Positions 1-9,341 of a DNA stretch of 64,000 nt are shown here, piece by piece. The stretch's first letter is position 1. The number at the start of each line of letters is the position of its first letter. The position numbers and the translations under genes were made by a program. The stretch lies in the NCBI RefSeq assembly GCF_002432125.1, contig NZ_DJFS01000018.1, forward strand, positions 8,137-72,136, written 5' to 3'. The notes below the pieces were generated by a model that did no database searches, was not told the DNA's origin, and saw only the letters and a list, made by a program, of their open reading frames with translations. This DNA is from Brevundimonas sp. UBA5866 (GTDB lineage: Bacteria > Pseudomonadota > Alphaproteobacteria > Caulobacterales > Caulobacteraceae).

Positions 1-957
1 GCCTTCGTCTTTCTCGCCGATATCGGCCTGTTTGGTGGTGGCCTGTTCCAGCCAGCCGTCGGGCAGGACTTCGGTGTCGCCGATCTTGCCGCCATCGAGG
101 ATGAACTGGCCCACGCGGCCCCAGTCGCGCAAGGTGGCGATGACGCAGCAGCCGCTGGCTTCCTGACCCGTCTCGTCGATCATCCAGCCGGAATCGCGCT
201 CCATCCCGTAGGGCTGCCACACCTTTTCGGACAGGTAGTCGGCTAATGGCTTGCCCGTGGCGCGGGTCAGAAGCACGCCGACCAGATTGGTCTCGCCCGT
301 TGAATAGTGCCAGCGCGTGCCGGGCTCAGCCGCGCGCTTCAGCTGGCGCATGTAATGCAGGGTCGGGTCCATGCCGCCCGTCTCGTGCTTGGTGAAGAAG
401 CGGGCCACGTCGGCGTTGGGGTCGGTATAGTCCTCGTTCCAGTCCGCGCCCGATGTCATGGTCAGAAGCTGACGCACGGTGACGCCGTCATAGGCGCTGC
501 CTGCCAGCTCGGGCAGGTAGCGGACGATGGGCGTCTCCAGGCTTTCGATATAGCCGTCCTTGATCGCCGCCCCGACCAGCGTCGAGGTCAGGGATTTGGC
601 GACCGAGAAGGAGGTCCAGCGGCCCTCGGGCGTGAAGCCGAGGCCGTACTTCTCGAAACGGATGCGACCGTCCTGAAGCACGAGGATGCCGGCGGTATGC
701 TCGCTCTGCATATAGGCATCGACGTCAAGGTCCAGCGGCTCTCCGGCGGGCAGGGGATGGGGGCGCTCGCCTGCTTTCACCACGCGATGGGGGACGATCT
801 GTTCCATGGCGCGAAAGCCGGCCTCGCGCGCGACCTGCGGCCAGAACAGCACCTGTGACGGGGTTTCCAGTGCGGGCAGGTCATCCTGTGCCACGGCGGG
901 CGAAACAAGCGCGGTGCCCAGGATCAGGCTGGCGGCAAGTGCGGAAAGTCGGCGCAT
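1..957 (-). CDS. serine hydrolase of the beta-lactamase/transpeptidase-like family (3' end runs off the window)
   Basis: Absent from the ORF track because it is open to the window edge. My own minus-strand translation from ATG at 957 gives MRRLSALAASLILGTALVSPAVAQDDLPALETPSQVLFW (signal peptide). Further in frame it reads RFEKYGLGFTPEGRWTSFSVAKSLTSTLVGAAIKDGYIES, with an S-x-x-K motif (SVAK). The opposite-strand ORF 307..858 is an Ala/Arg/Gly-rich shadow. Confidence 0.75.
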   Translation of the reverse strand, partial: MRRLSALAASLILGTALVSPAVAQDDLPALETPSQVLFWPQVAREAGFRAMEQIVPHRVVKAGERPHPLPAGEPLDLDVDAYMQSEHTAGILVLQDGRIRFEKYGLGFTPEGRWTSFSVAKSLTSTLVGAAIKDGYIESLETPIVRYLPELAGSAYDGVTVRQLLTMTSGADWNEDYTDPNADVARFFTKHETGGMDPTLHYMRQLKRAAEPGTRWHYSTGETNLVGVLLTRATGKPLADYLSEKVWQPYGMERDSGWMIDETGQEASGCCVIATLRDWGRVGQFILDGGKIGDTEVLPDGWLEQATTKQADIGEKDEG

Positions 958-992
958 GGAAAACCCCTCCGTTTCGGATTGCGACGACAGTA

Positions 993-1011
993 ATACGTCA
1001 AATCGACGTAT
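993..1011. promoter_or_regulatory. perfect inverted repeat ATACGTC-N5-GACGTAT in a divergent promoter region (candidate operator)
   Basis: Read directly at 993-999 / 1005-1011, between the hydrolase start (957) and the TonB-dependent receptor start (1160). The binding protein is unknown. Confidence 0.3.
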
Positions 1012-1159
1012 GTGTAACGTATGGTCCGAAGTCGGAGCGATCGTCACGCGGCTGCGGAAAAACGGTGTTGTTCCTGAGTTCGGTCGGTCGTCAGCCGTTC
1101 GCAATCGCTTCGTAGATCGCCCTTGCTCGACGCGGAGTGCGCGAGGCGAGGGATAAACC

Positions 1160-3508
1160 ATGAAACGACTGATGGCGGCTGTGTCCTTTACAGCCCTTTC
1201 TATGGCGATCTGTGCTCCGGCACTGGCGAGTGAGAGCGACGCGGCTCCGGTCGCGGCACCGCTGAGCGATTTGAATAGCGATAGCCCGCAACGCCTGTCG
1301 GACATCGTCGTCACCGCGACCAAGCGCGCCACCAATCTGCAGGACACGCCGATCTCGATTTCGGTGGCCTCGTCCGAGGACCTGACTAACCGCAATGTGC
1401 AGAGCTTGATGGACCTGTCGGATGGCAGTGTGCCGGGTCTGCGGATCACAACCTTTGAAGCGCGCCAGTCGGCGCTGACCGTCGGCATCCGTGGCATCGT
1501 TCCCAATGACGCCAACCAGCCCGCGCGTGAACAGGGCGTTGGCGTCTATATCGACGGCGTCTATCTGGCGCGCCAGCATGGTCTGGCGGCGGCGCTGCTG
1601 GACATCGACCGCGTGGAAGTCCTGAAGGGGCCGCAAGGCACGCTGTTCGGGCGCAATACCGAGGGCGGTGCCCTGTCGCTGATCACCAAGAAGCCGACGG
1701 GCGAGTTCGGCCTGCGGGCCGTGGCAGGGATTGGCAACCTCGATTCCTACAACTCCGAAGTCCACGTGGACTTCCCCGCGCTGGGCGACTTTGCCTTCAA
1801 GGTCGATGGTGTGATCTCGGTGCAGGGTCCGGTGACCAAGAACCGCCTGTCGGGCGAGCAGGGCTTTGGCGAATATGACCGCCGCGGCCTGCGCGGACAG
1901 GTGCGGTGGGAGCCGAGCGATACCTTCAGCGCCACCCTTGCCGCCGACATCAGCAAGGACAAGAACACGCCCTTCTACAGCCAGCTGCTGAACTGGAACT
2001 ATTTCAACCTTCCGGTGGTGCCGTTCACCTCCACCTCCATCCCGTCAGGCAGCATCCGCGACCTGTCGCCGCTGGTCGAGGTCGAGGGCAAGGAGCGTAT
2101 GCGGGTGGCCGATATCGGCGTGCCGCAGCAATGGAACATCAACGACACGCGCGGCATCGACCTGCACCTGTCGTGGCGTCCGAGCGATAATCTGGAAATC
2201 CGCTCCATCACCGCCTACCGCGATCTGGATGTGGACCAGTGGGACAATATCGGCGGGGCGCACCGTCCGCCGGTTGTCGGCCCGAACGCCAACTTCAGCC
2301 GCTATTCGCTGGCGGGCTTCTGGCAGCACCAGTTCAGTCAGGAACTGCAGGCGGTCGGCAATATCGGTGACCGTATCGATTATGTGGCCGGTCTCTACTA
2401 CTTCAAGGAAACCGTGTCGGACGACGCGGCGACACCGACGACCAACCGCTGGAACGCGGACGGCACGGGCTACACCATCCTTGACCCGACGCCGACGCTG
2501 CGCGGTTCGCGCTTCATCGATCGCGCCTCGACCGCCCATTCGGAATCCAAGGCCATCTACGGTCAGGCCACCTGGACGCCGGATATCCTGAACGATGCCC
2601 TGCACATCACGGTCGGCGGCCGTTTCACCTGGGACGACAAGGACGGCACGCTGGAGATCGTCAACAACGCGCTTCCGGTCGTGAACGGTGTGTCGGGCGA
2701 ACTGACGTTCGCCTCCTCGGTCGAGCGTTTCGACCCGCTGGTCACGGTGGCCTATGAGGCGAGCGAGAACGTCAGCGTCTATGCCAAATACTCGACCGGA
2801 TACCGTGCGGGCGGGGCGTCATCGCGCTCGCTGACCTATCGCTCGTTCGATCCGGAAGAGGTCGAAGCCTATGAGATCGGCATCAAGAGCGACCTGTTCG
2901 ACAACCGCGTCCGCCTGAACGCGGCGCTGTATGCGATGGACCGCACCGACAGCCAGCTGGATTTCAGCCTGATCACCGGCACCCGCAACACGCTGGAAAC
3001 GGTCAATGCGCCGGGCACGACCAAGATCCGCGGGCTTGAACTGGAGGGCCAGTTCCAAGCCACCGAGAACCTGCGTCTGTCGGCGTCCTACACCTATACC
3101 GACGCCAAGGTGCCGGACACGGCCAACCCGTTCACGGGCAAGGTCCAGCAGGTGTTCATCGCCTATACGCCGGAAAACGCCGCCAACTTCGCCGCCGACT
3201 GGGAATCGCCCTTCATGGGGGCGACGCTCAAGGCGCACATTGACGCCAACTATGCCGATGCCAGCTACAGCTTCGAGCAGTTCGACGTGAAGAACGACAG
3301 CTCCTTCATCGTCAACGGCCGCATCGCCATCGCCGACATCCCGACCAAGCCGGGCGGTCCCGATCTGGAGCTGGCGCTGTGGTCGCGTAACCTGCTGGAC
3401 AAGACCTTCGTGTACCGCCGCGACCCGTCCAACCGCCCGACCTTCGGGGACTATGGCAACTTCAACATGCCGCGCACTTTCGGCCTGCAGCTGACGGTCA
3501 GGTACTGA
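1160..3508 (+). CDS. TonB-dependent receptor (782 aa)
   Basis: Signal peptide MKRLMAAVSFTALSMAICAPALA. Plug-domain motif LSDIVVTATKRATNLQDTPISISV. Long Gly/Asp/Tyr-rich beta-barrel with the typical C-terminal aromatic end FGLQLTVRY. Confidence 0.9.
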   Translation: MKRLMAAVSFTALSMAICAPALASESDAAPVAAPLSDLNSDSPQRLSDIVVTATKRATNLQDTPISISVASSEDLTNRNVQSLMDLSDGSVPGLRITTFEARQSALTVGIRGIVPNDANQPAREQGVGVYIDGVYLARQHGLAAALLDIDRVEVLKGPQGTLFGRNTEGGALSLITKKPTGEFGLRAVAGIGNLDSYNSEVHVDFPALGDFAFKVDGVISVQGPVTKNRLSGEQGFGEYDRRGLRGQVRWEPSDTFSATLAADISKDKNTPFYSQLLNWNYFNLPVVPFTSTSIPSGSIRDLSPLVEVEGKERMRVADIGVPQQWNINDTRGIDLHLSWRPSDNLEIRSITAYRDLDVDQWDNIGGAHRPPVVGPNANFSRYSLAGFWQHQFSQELQAVGNIGDRIDYVAGLYYFKETVSDDAATPTTNRWNADGTGYTILDPTPTLRGSRFIDRASTAHSESKAIYGQATWTPDILNDALHITVGGRFTWDDKDGTLEIVNNALPVVNGVSGELTFASSVERFDPLVTVAYEASENVSVYAKYSTGYRAGGASSRSLTYRSFDPEEVEAYEIGIKSDLFDNRVRLNAALYAMDRTDSQLDFSLITGTRNTLETVNAPGTTKIRGLELEGQFQATENLRLSASYTYTDAKVPDTANPFTGKVQQVFIAYTPENAANFAADWESPFMGATLKAHIDANYADASYSFEQFDVKNDSSFIVNGRIAIADIPTKPGGPDLELALWSRNLLDKTFVYRRDPSNRPTFGDYGNFNMPRTFGLQLTVRY

Positions 3509-3530
3509 TCCGCCCTTTAAAGGGAGGAGG

Positions 3531-3558
3531 GGGGCTTCGCTGTCGCGGAGCCCCTTTG
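3531..3558. terminator. GC-rich hairpin between convergent genes (rho-independent terminator candidate)
   Basis: GGGGCTTCGC-tgtc-GCGGAGCCCC (one mismatch) followed by TTTGG. It lies between the TBDR stop (3508) and the LysE-family stop (3562). Confidence 0.6.
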
Positions 3559-3561
3559 GCG

Positions 3562-4185
3562 TTACGGCATGGCCCAGAACAACAGGCCGATGCCCAGCGC
3601 GATCAGAAGCGCGCCGATGATGCGGTCGATGGTGCGGCGGTTGCGGTTCACATACTGGCGCACCGCCTCGCGCGAGAGGAAGAAGGCGACCAGCGCGAAC
3701 CACATCAGATGGATGGCGGAAATCAGCGCGCCATAGGCCAGTTTGACCTGTACGGCGGTGTCGTGGCCGACCACCTGCGCGTACAGGCTGATGACGAAGA
3801 TGGAGGTCTTGGGGTTCAGGGCGTTGGTGACGAAGCCCAGCCAGAAATGGCGGCCCCGCCCTTCGGAGCCGGACGCTATGTCACCAGATGCGGCCTTGGC
3901 GCGGGCGGGCAGGATCATCCGCAGACCCAGATAGAGCAGATAGGCCACCCCCGCATAACGGATGATGTCCAGCAGATCGGGCACCCAGCGCGAGACCAGT
4001 TCCAGCCCGAATACAGCATAGGTGATGTGGACCCAGCAGGCCGTGGCCACGCCCACTGCGACGCACAGGCCTGCACGCTGGCCGTCCACCGCACTGGTCC
4101 GCGAGACCATGGCGAAGTCGGCACCGGGGCTGATGACGGCCAGTATGACGATACCGGCAAAGAGGGCGAGCTGTTCCATGCGCAT
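3562..4185 (-). CDS. LysE/RhtB-family amino-acid exporter
   Basis: About 200-aa polytopic protein with the N-terminal LFAGIVILAVISPGADFAMV and FVTNALNPKTSIF motifs typical of the LysE family. The track ORF starts at 4209, but internal ATGs at 4185/4179 are more likely because the AT-rich divergent promoter begins there. Confidence 0.8.
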   Translation of the reverse strand: MRMEQLALFAGIVILAVISPGADFAMVSRTSAVDGQRAGLCVAVGVATACWVHITYAVFGLELVSRWVPDLLDIIRYAGVAYLLYLGLRMILPARAKAASGDIASGSEGRGRHFWLGFVTNALNPKTSIFVISLYAQVVGHDTAVQVKLAYGALISAIHLMWFALVAFFLSREAVRQYVNRNRRTIDRIIGALLIALGIGLLFWAMP

Positions 4186-4239
4186 GTCCCATGATGGAAG
4201 ATGGCTCACAGATGACGCGGTATAGCTTGTTTGAAATCG

Positions 4240-4256
4240 AATAAGATACCGCTATT
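4240..4256. promoter_or_regulatory. LysR-type box candidate AATA-N9-TATT in the lysE/lysR divergent region
   Basis: AATAAGATACCGCTATT read at 4240-4256 in the only AT-rich stretch between the two divergent genes. It fits the T-N11-A architecture used by LysR-type regulators. Confidence 0.35.
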
Positions 4257-4290
4257 ATGTGAATTAAGCTCACATATCGGGATTGACCGT

Positions 4291-5154
4291 TTGCGCCTGC
4301 CGCCCCTGAACAGTCTGCGCGCCTTCGAGGCGGTGGCGCGTCGTGGATCGCTGGTGACGGCGGCGGCGGAACTGAACGTGACGCACGGGGCGCTGTCCAA
4401 ACAGATACGGCTGCTGGAGGAGGAGCTGGGCCACCCGCTGTTCGAGCGCCGCAATCGGGGCCTGCACCTGACGACGCGCGGGGCGTGGCTGGCGGAAAGG
4501 CTGGGGCCGCTGTTCGGCGGCTTGGCGCAGACGATGGATGCGTTCCGGCATCTGGATGCGGGGCCGCCCCCGCTGGTGGTGTCGTGCGAGCCGACGCTGT
4601 GCCTGCGTTTCCTGATTCCGGCGATGGTCGATCTGGAACAGGAAACCGGAATGGCCGTGCGGGCGCTGGCGGCGGGTGGTCCGGTGGATTTCGCCAGCCG
4701 GAACTATGATCTGGCCCTGCGCCGGCATGACTTCCCCCTGGCCGACGGCATCGAGGCCATTCCGCTGGTCGAGGAAAGGATGGGGCCGGTGGTGGCCCCT
4801 TCACTGGCGGATGCGGACCTGTCCACGGTCAACCGCCTGCACAGCCGCACGCGCCCCGGTGCGTGGAAGGAATGGCTGCGGAACCGCAAGGTCCGGTTCG
4901 AGGGGCCGGATATCCAGTACGAGCATTTCTATCTGACGCTTCAGGCGGCGCTTGCGGGGCAGGGCGTGGCGATGGCCTCGGTGCATATGGTGTCCAAGGC
5001 GCTGGAGCAGGGGCGGCTGGTCGCTCCCCACGGCTTTGCGCCCGACGGCACGGCCTATGTGCTGCTGCGTCCGTCGGGCAGGCCGGATGATCCGCGCGTG
5101 GACCGGTTGGTCGAGTGGCTGCGGGCGCGGATGCGGCTGCATCTTAACTTCTAG
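4291..5154 (+). CDS. LysR-family transcriptional regulator (GcvA-like)
   Basis: N-terminal HTH LPPLNSLRAFEAVARRGSLVTAAAELNVTHGALSKQIRLLEEELGHPLFERR plus a C-terminal substrate-binding domain. The gene is divergent from the LysE exporter. The track start (TTG 4231) lies in the AT-rich promoter, so TTG at 4291 (MRLPPLNSL) is my preferred start. Confidence 0.8.
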   Translation: MRLPPLNSLRAFEAVARRGSLVTAAAELNVTHGALSKQIRLLEEELGHPLFERRNRGLHLTTRGAWLAERLGPLFGGLAQTMDAFRHLDAGPPPLVVSCEPTLCLRFLIPAMVDLEQETGMAVRALAAGGPVDFASRNYDLALRRHDFPLADGIEAIPLVEERMGPVVAPSLADADLSTVNRLHSRTRPGAWKEWLRNRKVRFEGPDIQYEHFYLTLQAALAGQGVAMASVHMVSKALEQGRLVAPHGFAPDGTAYVLLRPSGRPDDPRVDRLVEWLRARMRLHLNF

Positions 5155-6856
5155 GGGCGGCCTTCCACTCTTCGATGTGTGGAAGGCGACGCAGGATCTT
5201 CGACTGCGGGTCGAGGATGATGTGGGCGCTGGCGGGGGCGCTGAACACCGCCGTACCACCGGGCATATCGACCGTGAGATGTTGGCCGTCGATCTCGACC
5301 TCGACGGGCAGGGTAAAAGACAGCTTCGATCCAGTCTGCCATGTCAGGCGCACGGCATCGGCGGATCGCGTCATAACCAGATCGGGCAGGGCGGCGTAAT
5401 AGAGGTAGGCGTCAAAGAACCAGCCCCATTCCTTGCCAGTCACCGCGTTGACGATGGCCAAATAGTCGGCGGTGGTGCGGTAGACGGGACGGAAATTTCC
5501 CGGCTGGGGATCGGCACGGTCATAGACCAGACGGCGCAGGCTTTCCTTGAAGGCGGCATCGCCGATGTGCATCCGCAGGGTGTGGGCGATCAGCGCACCC
5601 TTGTAATAGAGGTCCAGCGCCGGACCCGTCTCGGCCTTATAGACCGTGCCCGCTGCCTGAGGTTCGCCGGAAACCAGCGGGTGCGTGTTGGACAATGTAC
5701 GGCGCATGGTTTCCAGCTCGGCCTGCATCGCCCGCTCGCCGTGCAGCCAATAGGCGTAAAGCGGCTGCATATAGGTGCCGAACCCTTCATGCAGCCACAT
5801 GTCGTCCCACGACACATTGGTCATCTGGTTGCCGAACCATTCGTGCGCCAGTTCATGCTGGAGCAGCCAGTCGTATCCCTTGCCGTCCAGCTTGTAGCCG
5901 TTGCCATAGGCGTTGATCGTTTGGTGCTCCATGCCGAGGTGCGGGGTCTCTACCACTCCGACCTTCTCATCGGCGAAGGGATAGGGACCGACCCATTCCT
6001 CGAAGAAATCCAGCATCGACGGCAGTTGGTCGAACAGGCCCTGCGCCTTGTCCTGCGGCACGCTGTCCAGCGCCCAAAAATGCATCGGGATGGTGTTGCC
6101 GTAGCGGCTCTCATATTGGCCCGACAACTCCTGATAGGGGCCGAAATTGAGGGTGATGGCATAGGTGTCGGGATCGCGCGTGGTCCAGTGCCATGTGGTC
6201 GAGCCGTCGCCATGTTCCTGCTTGCTGACCAAGGTGCCATTGGCGGGGGCGGACAGGCCGGCGGGCACGGTGATGTACATGTCCACGCGGGCTGGTTCGC
6301 CCATCGGGTGGTCGATGCAGGGCCAGATCAGGTCACAGCCCTCGCCCTGGACGGCGGTGGCGATCCACGGCTTGCCATTCGATTGGCTCCAGACCCAGCC
6401 ACCGTCCCACGGAGCGCGGCTGGCAGGGTGCGGGCTGCCGCCATAGGCGATGTTCACCGCCACCGATTCTCCGGCTTCCAGCGAGCGCGGCAGGGGAATG
6501 GTCAGGCGGCCCTCGGGATTGGTCCAGTCCGTGATGTCGGTATCTCCGACCTGAATGCCGTCGATCGCGAATCGCGTATCCAGCTCCAGAACGATCGCCG
6601 AAACGGGGGACTGCGCCGTGAAATCCAGGCGGGCGTGGGCCTGAACCGTCTTGGCATCCGGATTGATGTCAAAGGCCAGGCGGGCGGAATCGAACCGGAC
6701 CGCCTCCTGTTCCGGTGTGCGGGGCGTACCGCTGGACAGGGTGAAGGGCGTCGCCGTGCGCTGTTCGGAGCTGGCAAGCGCTGGGGCCGTCACGGCCATA
6801 CAGGCCATAAGGGCGGTGCAGCACAACAGGGCGGGGCGGCGCAGGGGCATCTTCAA
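5144..6856 (-). CDS. secreted M1-family (gluzincin) aminopeptidase
   Basis: Signal peptide MKMPLRRPALLCCTALMACMAVTAPALA. HEXXH-(18)-E zinc site HELAHEWFGNQMT...WLHEGFGTY. The 3' end overlaps the convergent LysR gene by 11 bp. Confidence 0.9.
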   Translation of the reverse strand: MKMPLRRPALLCCTALMACMAVTAPALASSEQRTATPFTLSSGTPRTPEQEAVRFDSARLAFDINPDAKTVQAHARLDFTAQSPVSAIVLELDTRFAIDGIQVGDTDITDWTNPEGRLTIPLPRSLEAGESVAVNIAYGGSPHPASRAPWDGGWVWSQSNGKPWIATAVQGEGCDLIWPCIDHPMGEPARVDMYITVPAGLSAPANGTLVSKQEHGDGSTTWHWTTRDPDTYAITLNFGPYQELSGQYESRYGNTIPMHFWALDSVPQDKAQGLFDQLPSMLDFFEEWVGPYPFADEKVGVVETPHLGMEHQTINAYGNGYKLDGKGYDWLLQHELAHEWFGNQMTNVSWDDMWLHEGFGTYMQPLYAYWLHGERAMQAELETMRRTLSNTHPLVSGEPQAAGTVYKAETGPALDLYYKGALIAHTLRMHIGDAAFKESLRRLVYDRADPQPGNFRPVYRTTADYLAIVNAVTGKEWGWFFDAYLYYAALPDLVMTRSADAVRLTWQTGSKLSFTLPVEVEIDGQHLTVDMPGGTAVFSAPASAHIILDPQSKILRRLPHIEEWKAAPRS

Positions 6857-6904
6857 TCAATCCGTGAATCGCGGTTATGCAGCGAGCTTTACGGACGAAG
6901 AGGC

Positions 6905-6934
6905 AAAAGAAAAAGGCCGCTGTTTCCAGCGGCC
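6905..6934 (-). terminator. rho-independent terminator of rpmB
   Basis: GGCCGCTG-tttc-CAGCGGCC (6915-6934). On the minus strand it is followed by TTTTTCTTTT (6905-6914), 30 bp downstream of the rpmB stop. Confidence 0.8.
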
Positions 6935-6965
6935 TCTTCCAGAACTTCAAAATCAGCAGGGCTGA

Positions 6966-7262
6966 TTAGGCAGCGGCTTGTTCAGCCAGCTTGGCCTTGA
7001 CCTGACGCTTGATACGCAGGGCAGCAGCCGAGAGCTTCTCATCACGAGCCTTCACGATGAAGGCATCCAGACCGCCCTTGTAGTCGAGCGTGCGCAGGGC
7101 AGCGTTCGAAATACGCAGGGAGAAGGTTTGGCCCAGAGCGTCCGAGGTTACCTTGACCGTCTTCAGGGACGGCAGGAAACGACGCTTGGTCTTGATGTTC
7201 GAGTGGCTCACATTGTGGCCGACCATCGGGCCGATACCGGTGAGTTCGCAACGACGCGACAT
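6966..7262 (-). CDS. rpmB: 50S ribosomal protein L28
   Basis: MSRRCELTGIGPMVGHNVSHSNIKTKRRFLPSLKTV is the canonical L28 N-terminus. The track ORF is extended 40 codons upstream of this ATG. Confidence 0.95.
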   Translation of the reverse strand: MSRRCELTGIGPMVGHNVSHSNIKTKRRFLPSLKTVKVTSDALGQTFSLRISNAALRTLDYKGGLDAFIVKARDEKLSAAALRIKRQVKAKLAEQAAA

Positions 7263-7488
7263 CTTAAGATCCTCAAGGTCACATCCGCGCAAACGTTGCG
7301 GACGCATGAAAACAGGTGGCGCGTAAGGCTTTTGGCCCACGCGAGAGGGGGCCGTATAGAGGAAGGACTCACTTGGCGTCAAGCCGAGTCTGCCCCGGAG
7401 CCGGCGACGAAAGTGGATTCTGGCGATAAATATAAGGGATCGAAGCCGTTCACGCGCCGTTCAAACCCTCATAGCTATACCGGAGCCT

Positions 7489-7986
7489 ATGATGAGCCGT
7501 TCGAAAACCAAAACCGCTTCTCTCGCCTCCACCAAGGGCTTTCGCCTTGCGGCGCTGACATTCCCTCTGGTGGCGGGCGCAGTCCTGCTGGCGGCACCGA
7601 CCTCGGCTCCGCATGCACAGGCTGCCCGCAGCGAGGTCCTGCCCGGGTACTGGGAATACACAACCAGTGTGCTGGGGGTGCGTGACACAGAGCAGAAATG
7701 CGTGCGCCCCAGCGAGATAAACCGCTTCTTCGGCGGTCTTTCGACCCGCAAATGGCAGTGCACCTATCCGGTGCGCGAGGTCGGCGATGGCCGGACCCGT
7801 TTCGAGGGCACGTGTCAGGACCGCAAGGGCCGTCGCATCAATGTGCGCCTTGGCGGCACCTATCAGCCGGAATCGTTCCGCTTCACCGGCGGTGCCCAGC
7901 TGTCGCGCGGTACGCCCTATATTCCGGCCAGCATCACCGCCCGCCGTATCGCGGTCCAGTGTCCTGCCAACGCCGAATATTTCTGA
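7489..7986 (+). CDS. secreted DUF3617-like protein
   Basis: Signal peptide, then PGYWEYTTSV and spaced Cys residues (KCVRP, WQCTYP, GTCQDR, VQCP) as in DUF3617 lipoprotein-like proteins. The family assignment is from memory. Confidence 0.6.
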   Translation: MMSRSKTKTASLASTKGFRLAALTFPLVAGAVLLAAPTSAPHAQAARSEVLPGYWEYTTSVLGVRDTEQKCVRPSEINRFFGGLSTRKWQCTYPVREVGDGRTRFEGTCQDRKGRRINVRLGGTYQPESFRFTGGAQLSRGTPYIPASITARRIAVQCPANAEYF

Positions 7987-8010
7987 TCCCGGCCTGCAGG
8001 CCCGAGAACG

Positions 8011-8047
8011 AAAAAGCCCGCCGGAGCGATCCGACGGGCTTTTCTTT
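8011..8047. terminator. bidirectional rho-independent terminator
   Basis: AAAAAGCCCG-(14 nt)-CGGGCTTTTCTTT between convergent stops at 7986 and 8051. The A-run and T-run flank the stem. Confidence 0.7.
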
Positions 8048-8050
8048 AGG

Positions 8051-9097
8051 TCAGATGGTGCTGTTGTCGATGACGAAGCGGTATTTGACGTCGGATTTCA
8101 GCATCCGCTCATAGGCTTCCTCGATCTGCTCGGCGCGGATCATTTCGATATCGGATACGATGCCCTTTTCGGCGCAGAAATCGAGCATTTCCTGCGTTTC
8201 CTTGATGCCGCCGATCAGCGAGCCGGCGATGGAGCGGCGCCCCCCGATCAGGATCGACACGTTCGGCGATGGGTGGCCGTGTTCCGGCACGCCGACAAGG
8301 CACATGGTCCCGTTGATGGTCAGCAGTTTGGTGAAGGCATCCAGATCGTGGCTGGCCGCCACGGTATTGAGGATGAAGTCAAAGCTGCGGGCGTGGGCCT
8401 TCATCTGGGCCTTGTCCCTGGACACCACCACTTCGTCGGCACCCAGATCGAGCGCGGCCTGAACCTTGGATTCCGAGATGGTGAAGGCGACGACATGCGC
8501 CCCCAGCGCATGGGCCAGTTTGACGCCCATATGGCCGAGGCCGCCGATGCCGACGACGCCCACCTTCATACCCGGTCCGACCTTCCAGTGGCGCAGGGGC
8601 GACCAGGTGGTGACACCGGCGCAGAGCAGCGGCGCAACGGCAGCCAGTTGCTCGCGGGGGTGGGTGATTTTCAGGACAAAATCATCCTTGACGACGATGC
8701 GTTGGGAATAGCCGCCCAGGGTATGGCCCGGCGCATCCGGCGTTTTGGAATCATAGGTGCCGGTAAAGCCGTTCTCGCAGTACTGCTCCAGGCCTTCATC
8801 GCAGGAGTGGCAGTGTTGGCAGCTGTCGACCATGCAGCCGACGCCGACGGTGTCGCCTTCCTTGAAGCGGCTGACACCGCTGCCCACGGCGGACACGCGG
8901 CCGACGATTTCGTGGCCGGGGACGCAAGGATAGTTCACCGAGCCCCATTCGCCGCGGACCGTATGCAGGTCCGAATGGCAGATTCCGCAGTAGTCGATTT
9001 CGATCTGGACGTCGTGTTCGCCCACATCGCGGCGCGGGATCTCGATGGCTTCTACCGGACGATCGGCGGCGGTTGCGCCATAGGCTTTGACGGTCAT
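8051..9097 (-). CDS. zinc-dependent NAD(P)-alcohol dehydrogenase (YahK/AdhA-like)
   Basis: GICHSDLH catalytic zinc motif, a structural-zinc Cys cluster (CQHCHSCDEGLEQYC) and a GVVGIGGLGHMG Rossmann motif. Confidence 0.9.
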   Translation of the reverse strand: MTVKAYGATAADRPVEAIEIPRRDVGEHDVQIEIDYCGICHSDLHTVRGEWGSVNYPCVPGHEIVGRVSAVGSGVSRFKEGDTVGVGCMVDSCQHCHSCDEGLEQYCENGFTGTYDSKTPDAPGHTLGGYSQRIVVKDDFVLKITHPREQLAAVAPLLCAGVTTWSPLRHWKVGPGMKVGVVGIGGLGHMGVKLAHALGAHVVAFTISESKVQAALDLGADEVVVSRDKAQMKAHARSFDFILNTVAASHDLDAFTKLLTINGTMCLVGVPEHGHPSPNVSILIGGRRSIAGSLIGGIKETQEMLDFCAEKGIVSDIEMIRAEQIEEAYERMLKSDVKYRFVIDNSTI

Positions 9098-9341
9098 TCA
9101 GGAAACTCCGGTAATTATAGGTGCGCGTACACGGTTGTGCGCCTCACCTATATTGTACGTCATTCTAGCCTGTGCCGATGATGCGTCACAGTTATGAATG
9201 CGCAGGCGACCATAGAGGGGCGCGACATTGTGTACACCCCTGCGACGTTGCCTCGACGAACCTCAAGGCTGCATACCTGCGACATCCGTACCTCGAAAGG
9301 GGAGGGGCGGGTATTCCGGTTGTACCTGATGAGGAGATCGC

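Noticed and set aside
307-858. 183-aa plus-strand ORF at the window start
   Set aside because: The opposite strand encodes a convincing signal-peptide-bearing serine hydrolase with an SxxK motif that is open to the window edge. The plus ORF is a shadow.
4952-7000. 682-aa plus-strand ORF, plus similar long ORFs at 36409..38124, 46479..48281, 48405..50156, 9351..10970, 27785..29461 and 18508..19941
   Set aside because: All lie antisense to genes with clear family motifs. They have the Arg/Ala/Gly/Pro-rich, low-complexity composition typical of shadow ORFs in high-GC DNA, and none shows a recognisable motif.
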